DNA of 64,000 bases from an uncultured Pseudomonadales bacterium (GTDB lineage Bacteria > Patescibacteriota > Microgenomatia > UBA1400 > PJMF01): assembly GCA_964457085.1 (NCBI GenBank), contig CAYWDM010000001.1, forward strand, positions 178,914 through 242,913, written 5' to 3'. Of this stretch, positions 61,554 through 64,000 are shown in pieces. The first letter of the stretch is position 1. Each line of letters starts with the position of its first letter. The notes under the pieces are model-generated. The model was not told where the DNA came from. It worked only from the letters and a program-made list of their open reading frames with translations, and searched no databases. The translations under genes were made by a program, and so were the position numbers.

Positions 61554-62579
61554 ATGTTTGATTTTCTCAAGCCAAAAACCGAACACAAAGTTGTTGTTTC
61601 CTCTTCAATTGTCATTTTTACGGTGTTCTTTCTATTGAGTCTGTATTTTGTGTACCAGATTATCCCTATCCTAGTACTGCTTTTCTTGGCATTTATTATT
61701 ATGGTGGCCCTTAATCCTGCGGTAAATAAGATTCAGCAAAAACTGAGAACTCCTAGAATTTTGGCAATTGTTTTAGCATATGTGCTGTTTTTAAGCTTAC
61801 TGGCTGGCACCATCAGTCTGTTACTACCACCATTAGTAGTACAAGTGGGTCAATTATTGAAGTTGCTCGACACCCCATACATTCAAACTCATATTGCTGA
61901 CCTCAAGCTTACAGTCACAGAAATCGGCGACTTGGTCAATAAATTTGGTGGACCCGTCAACTTTGTCTTTTCTGCAGTGACTTCAACTTTTTCCAGTGTT
62001 TTCACATTCTTCACCTTGATGGTAATGTCGTTTTACCTGATGATGGACCGGCCAATGCTCTATAAAAAAATTGCTTGGTTTACCAGAAAGAAAGAATATC
62101 ACGAGATGGCCCGTCAACTGTTAGACGACATCGAGAAACAACTGGGTGGCTGGGTTAGAGGAGAACTGATTTTAATGACTGTTATCGGAGCAATGACGTA
62201 CATCGGCCTGTCGCTAATGGGCATTCCTTATGCACTACCACTCGCTATCTTTGCTGGTTGTCTTGAAATTCTGCCAAATCTAGGACCAACTATTGCGGCA
62301 GTTCCCGCCATCGCAATTGCATTATTCCAAAATGATCCAGTAATTGCCGTTGCCGTCTTGATTTTGTATGTTGTGATTCAACAACTCGAAAATAATTTCA
62401 TCGTTCCAAAAGTCATGAAGGAAAATGCTGACGTGAATCCACTCGTTGGTATATTAACTATCTTGATTGGTGCCAAGCTATATGGCATTTTTGGGGCACT
62501 ACTTGCTGTGCCAATGTATATCGTGCTGCGTTCGTGTTACAGCATGTACTTAAAACATCAACCCACAGAAGAAGCATGA
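61554..62579 (+). CDS. AI-2E (PerM) family transporter
   Basis: LNP.V, W.RG.L, P.LGP, IQQLENNFIVPKVM, GALLAVP. Confidence 0.92.
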   Translation: MFDFLKPKTEHKVVVSSSIVIFTVFFLLSLYFVYQIIPILVLLFLAFIIMVALNPAVNKIQQKLRTPRILAIVLAYVLFLSLLAGTISLLLPPLVVQVGQLLKLLDTPYIQTHIADLKLTVTEIGDLVNKFGGPVNFVFSAVTSTFSSVFTFFTLMVMSFYLMMDRPMLYKKIAWFTRKKEYHEMARQLLDDIEKQLGGWVRGELILMTVIGAMTYIGLSLMGIPYALPLAIFAGCLEILPNLGPTIAAVPAIAIALFQNDPVIAVAVLILYVVIQQLENNFIVPKVMKENADVNPLVGILTILIGAKLYGIFGALLAVPMYIVLRSCYSMYLKHQPTEEA

Positions 62580-62603
62580 GCTGCTGTCAATCGATTCGAA
62601 AAA

Positions 62604-62828
62604 TTATCGTTGATTTTTTTCCACTGCCTCTTGCCAAGCACTGACAACTTGCTGGTATTCTTCTTGGCTCATTTTTCTGACCACAACGCCCATCTGCACC
62701 ATCACGATGTCGCCAATCTGCACCTCAAATTCTCCCACCAAGGCTTTGTTAGTGATATTGCCAGGATATGAAACCATGCACAAACCCTTCTCATTGCTTA
62801 CTACCTCACCAGGTATAGCCAAACACAT
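62604..62828 (-). CDS. hypC: Hydrogenase maturation chaperone HypC/HupF family
   Basis: N-terminal MCLAIPGEV, V.IGD.V.V..G. Confidence 0.85.
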   Translation of the reverse strand: MCLAIPGEVVSNEKGLCMVSYPGNITNKALVGEFEVQIGDIVMVQMGVVVRKMSQEEYQQVVSAWQEAVEKNQR

Positions 62829-62903
62829 AAAAACCCTTCCTTGTCATCTTCAGACCAATAATCCATAATGATTTTGTAATCTCACAAAGTATACCCTCAG
62901 TCC

Positions 62904-63407
62904 ATGGAAGAATCTATCAAACCAAAAAAATTAGCAATCGGCTGGTTCTCATTCACCTGTTGTGAAGACAGTACCATTCTTTTTTCAGAGTTACTCAATA
63001 AAAATTTTGATGCTTGGACCAAACTTGTGGAGTTTAGACATGTGCACACTTTAAAAACAAATAACACCCTAGAAGGACTTGATGTGGCCTTCATTGAAGG
63101 TGCAGTGTCTTCCGACATCCAAGCAAAGAAAGTTATTGAGATTAGGGAACATGCAAAATATGTAGTTGCAATCGGTTCTTGTGCTTGCACAGGCAAACCC
63201 TCTGCTAGTCGTGATGAGTTCACACCAGATCAAATCACCGAGAGAATTCAGTGGTATCTATCCCAATTCGATTACTCAGAAAAAACCAGAAAACTTGATG
63301 AGGTTATAAAAGTTGACGACGTGGTTATGGGCTGCCCCATGAATGCAAAAACATTTACAGCTGTGCTCACTAAATATCTGAAACTTTTTGAAATCATTAA
63401 GGAATAG
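62904..63407 (+). CDS. NiFe hydrogenase small subunit, short group-3-like (HoxY/delta)
   Basis: DVAFIEGAV, IRE.AK.VVAIGSCACTG, VD..V.GCP. Confidence 0.85.
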   Translation: MEESIKPKKLAIGWFSFTCCEDSTILFSELLNKNFDAWTKLVEFRHVHTLKTNNTLEGLDVAFIEGAVSSDIQAKKVIEIREHAKYVVAIGSCACTGKPSASRDEFTPDQITERIQWYLSQFDYSEKTRKLDEVIKVDDVVMGCPMNAKTFTAVLTKYLKLFEIIKE

Positions 63408-63409
63408 GC

Positions 63410-64000
63410 ATGCATACCGGCGACATTACCATTGAACATATTACAAAAATCGAGGGAAGTGCGGGACTTGAAGTTAAAGTCGCAGATGGAAAGGTTACCG
63501 ACCTTAAATTTCTGATTAAAGATTATCGCCGTTTTTATACTACTGCTGTACAGGGCAAACCATTACTTGCGGTGCCATCTTTCCTATCAAGAATCTGCGG
63601 CACTTGTTCGGTATCACATTTATTTGCCTCAATCGAAGCCATTGAAAAAACCCAAGGAATCATACCTTCCACTCAAACCATGCAACTGCGTCGTTTGGGA
63701 TACGACTCGTTGATGATTCGAGATCATGCACTACATCTTTATTTCTTCGTACTGCCAGATGTCTTAGGCATCGACTCTATCCTAGACATCTCAGATGAAG
63801 TTGGCGACTTTGGTCACACACTACTGCATGATTCATTTGACATTAAGCAACTAGGTTCGGACATTTCAGAAGCAATTATTGGGGCAGCAATTCACGCACC
63901 ATTTCCAACAGTTGGAGGGTTCTTAAAGCTACCAGACACTACAAAATTTAGTGAATTAATCGATAGGCTTGAAAAAATTCGTCCTCAAGTAATTCGCGGC
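63410..64000 (+). CDS. NiFe hydrogenase large subunit (group-3-like), truncated by window end
   Basis: Translated by hand: MHTGDITIEHITKIEGSAG...SRICGTCSVSH (L1 motif)...DHALHLYFFVLPD...IH...VGG. Confidence 0.9.
   Translation, partial: MHTGDITIEHITKIEGSAGLEVKVADGKVTDLKFLIKDYRRFYTTAVQGKPLLAVPSFLSRICGTCSVSHLFASIEAIEKTQGIIPSTQTMQLRRLGYDSLMIRDHALHLYFFVLPDVLGIDSILDISDEVGDFGHTLLHDSFDIKQLGSDISEAIIGAAIHAPFPTVGGFLKLPDTTKFSELIDRLEKIRPQVIRG

Overview
A 64-kb chromosomal segment of a small-genome bacterium. It is most likely Patescibacteria/CPR (Microgenomates-like), inferred from the truncated ATP-synthase delta subunit, the divergent PyrG, the group-3-like NiFe hydrogenase and CCA-less tRNAs. It uses standard code 11, with TGA as a stop. 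Housekeeping genes: ldh (partial), mutM, secA, serS, lysS (fused to an HD domain), greA, the atpBEFHAGDC operon, efp, holA, pgm, pgi/pmi, an enolase-like gene, lexA, pduO, pyrG, rplS, xseAB, miaB, miaA, hypA/hypB/hypC and hydrogenase small and large subunits (large one partial). Accessory blocks hold HAD, SGNH, HIT, MFS and EamA genes, hemerythrin, a PIF1-like helicase and orphans. Five tRNA genes are present: Lys-TTT, Gly-TCC, Leu-TAG, Glu-TTC and Cys-GCA. The most striking unexplained signal is non-coding. Four of the five tRNAs are followed by 125-180 bp units of the same design: a long imperfect hairpin starting at the tRNA 3' end, a core of mini-hairpins, then a copy of that tRNA's own 3' end. 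Core sequences are shared between different tRNA loci (Lys with Cys, Lys with Gly). The units are stacked in tandem at tRNA-Lys and bracket paralogous orphan genes at tRNA-Glu. This suggests an undescribed family of tRNA-targeted miniature integrative or cassette elements; no integrase is visible in this window. Other notable items: the LysRS-HD fusion, an enolase lacking two catalytic residues, a candidate ~70-nt sRNA, widespread leaderless-type promoters, a poly-A-split membrane anchor on the PIF1 helicase, and one in-frame TGA in a secreted protein gene.
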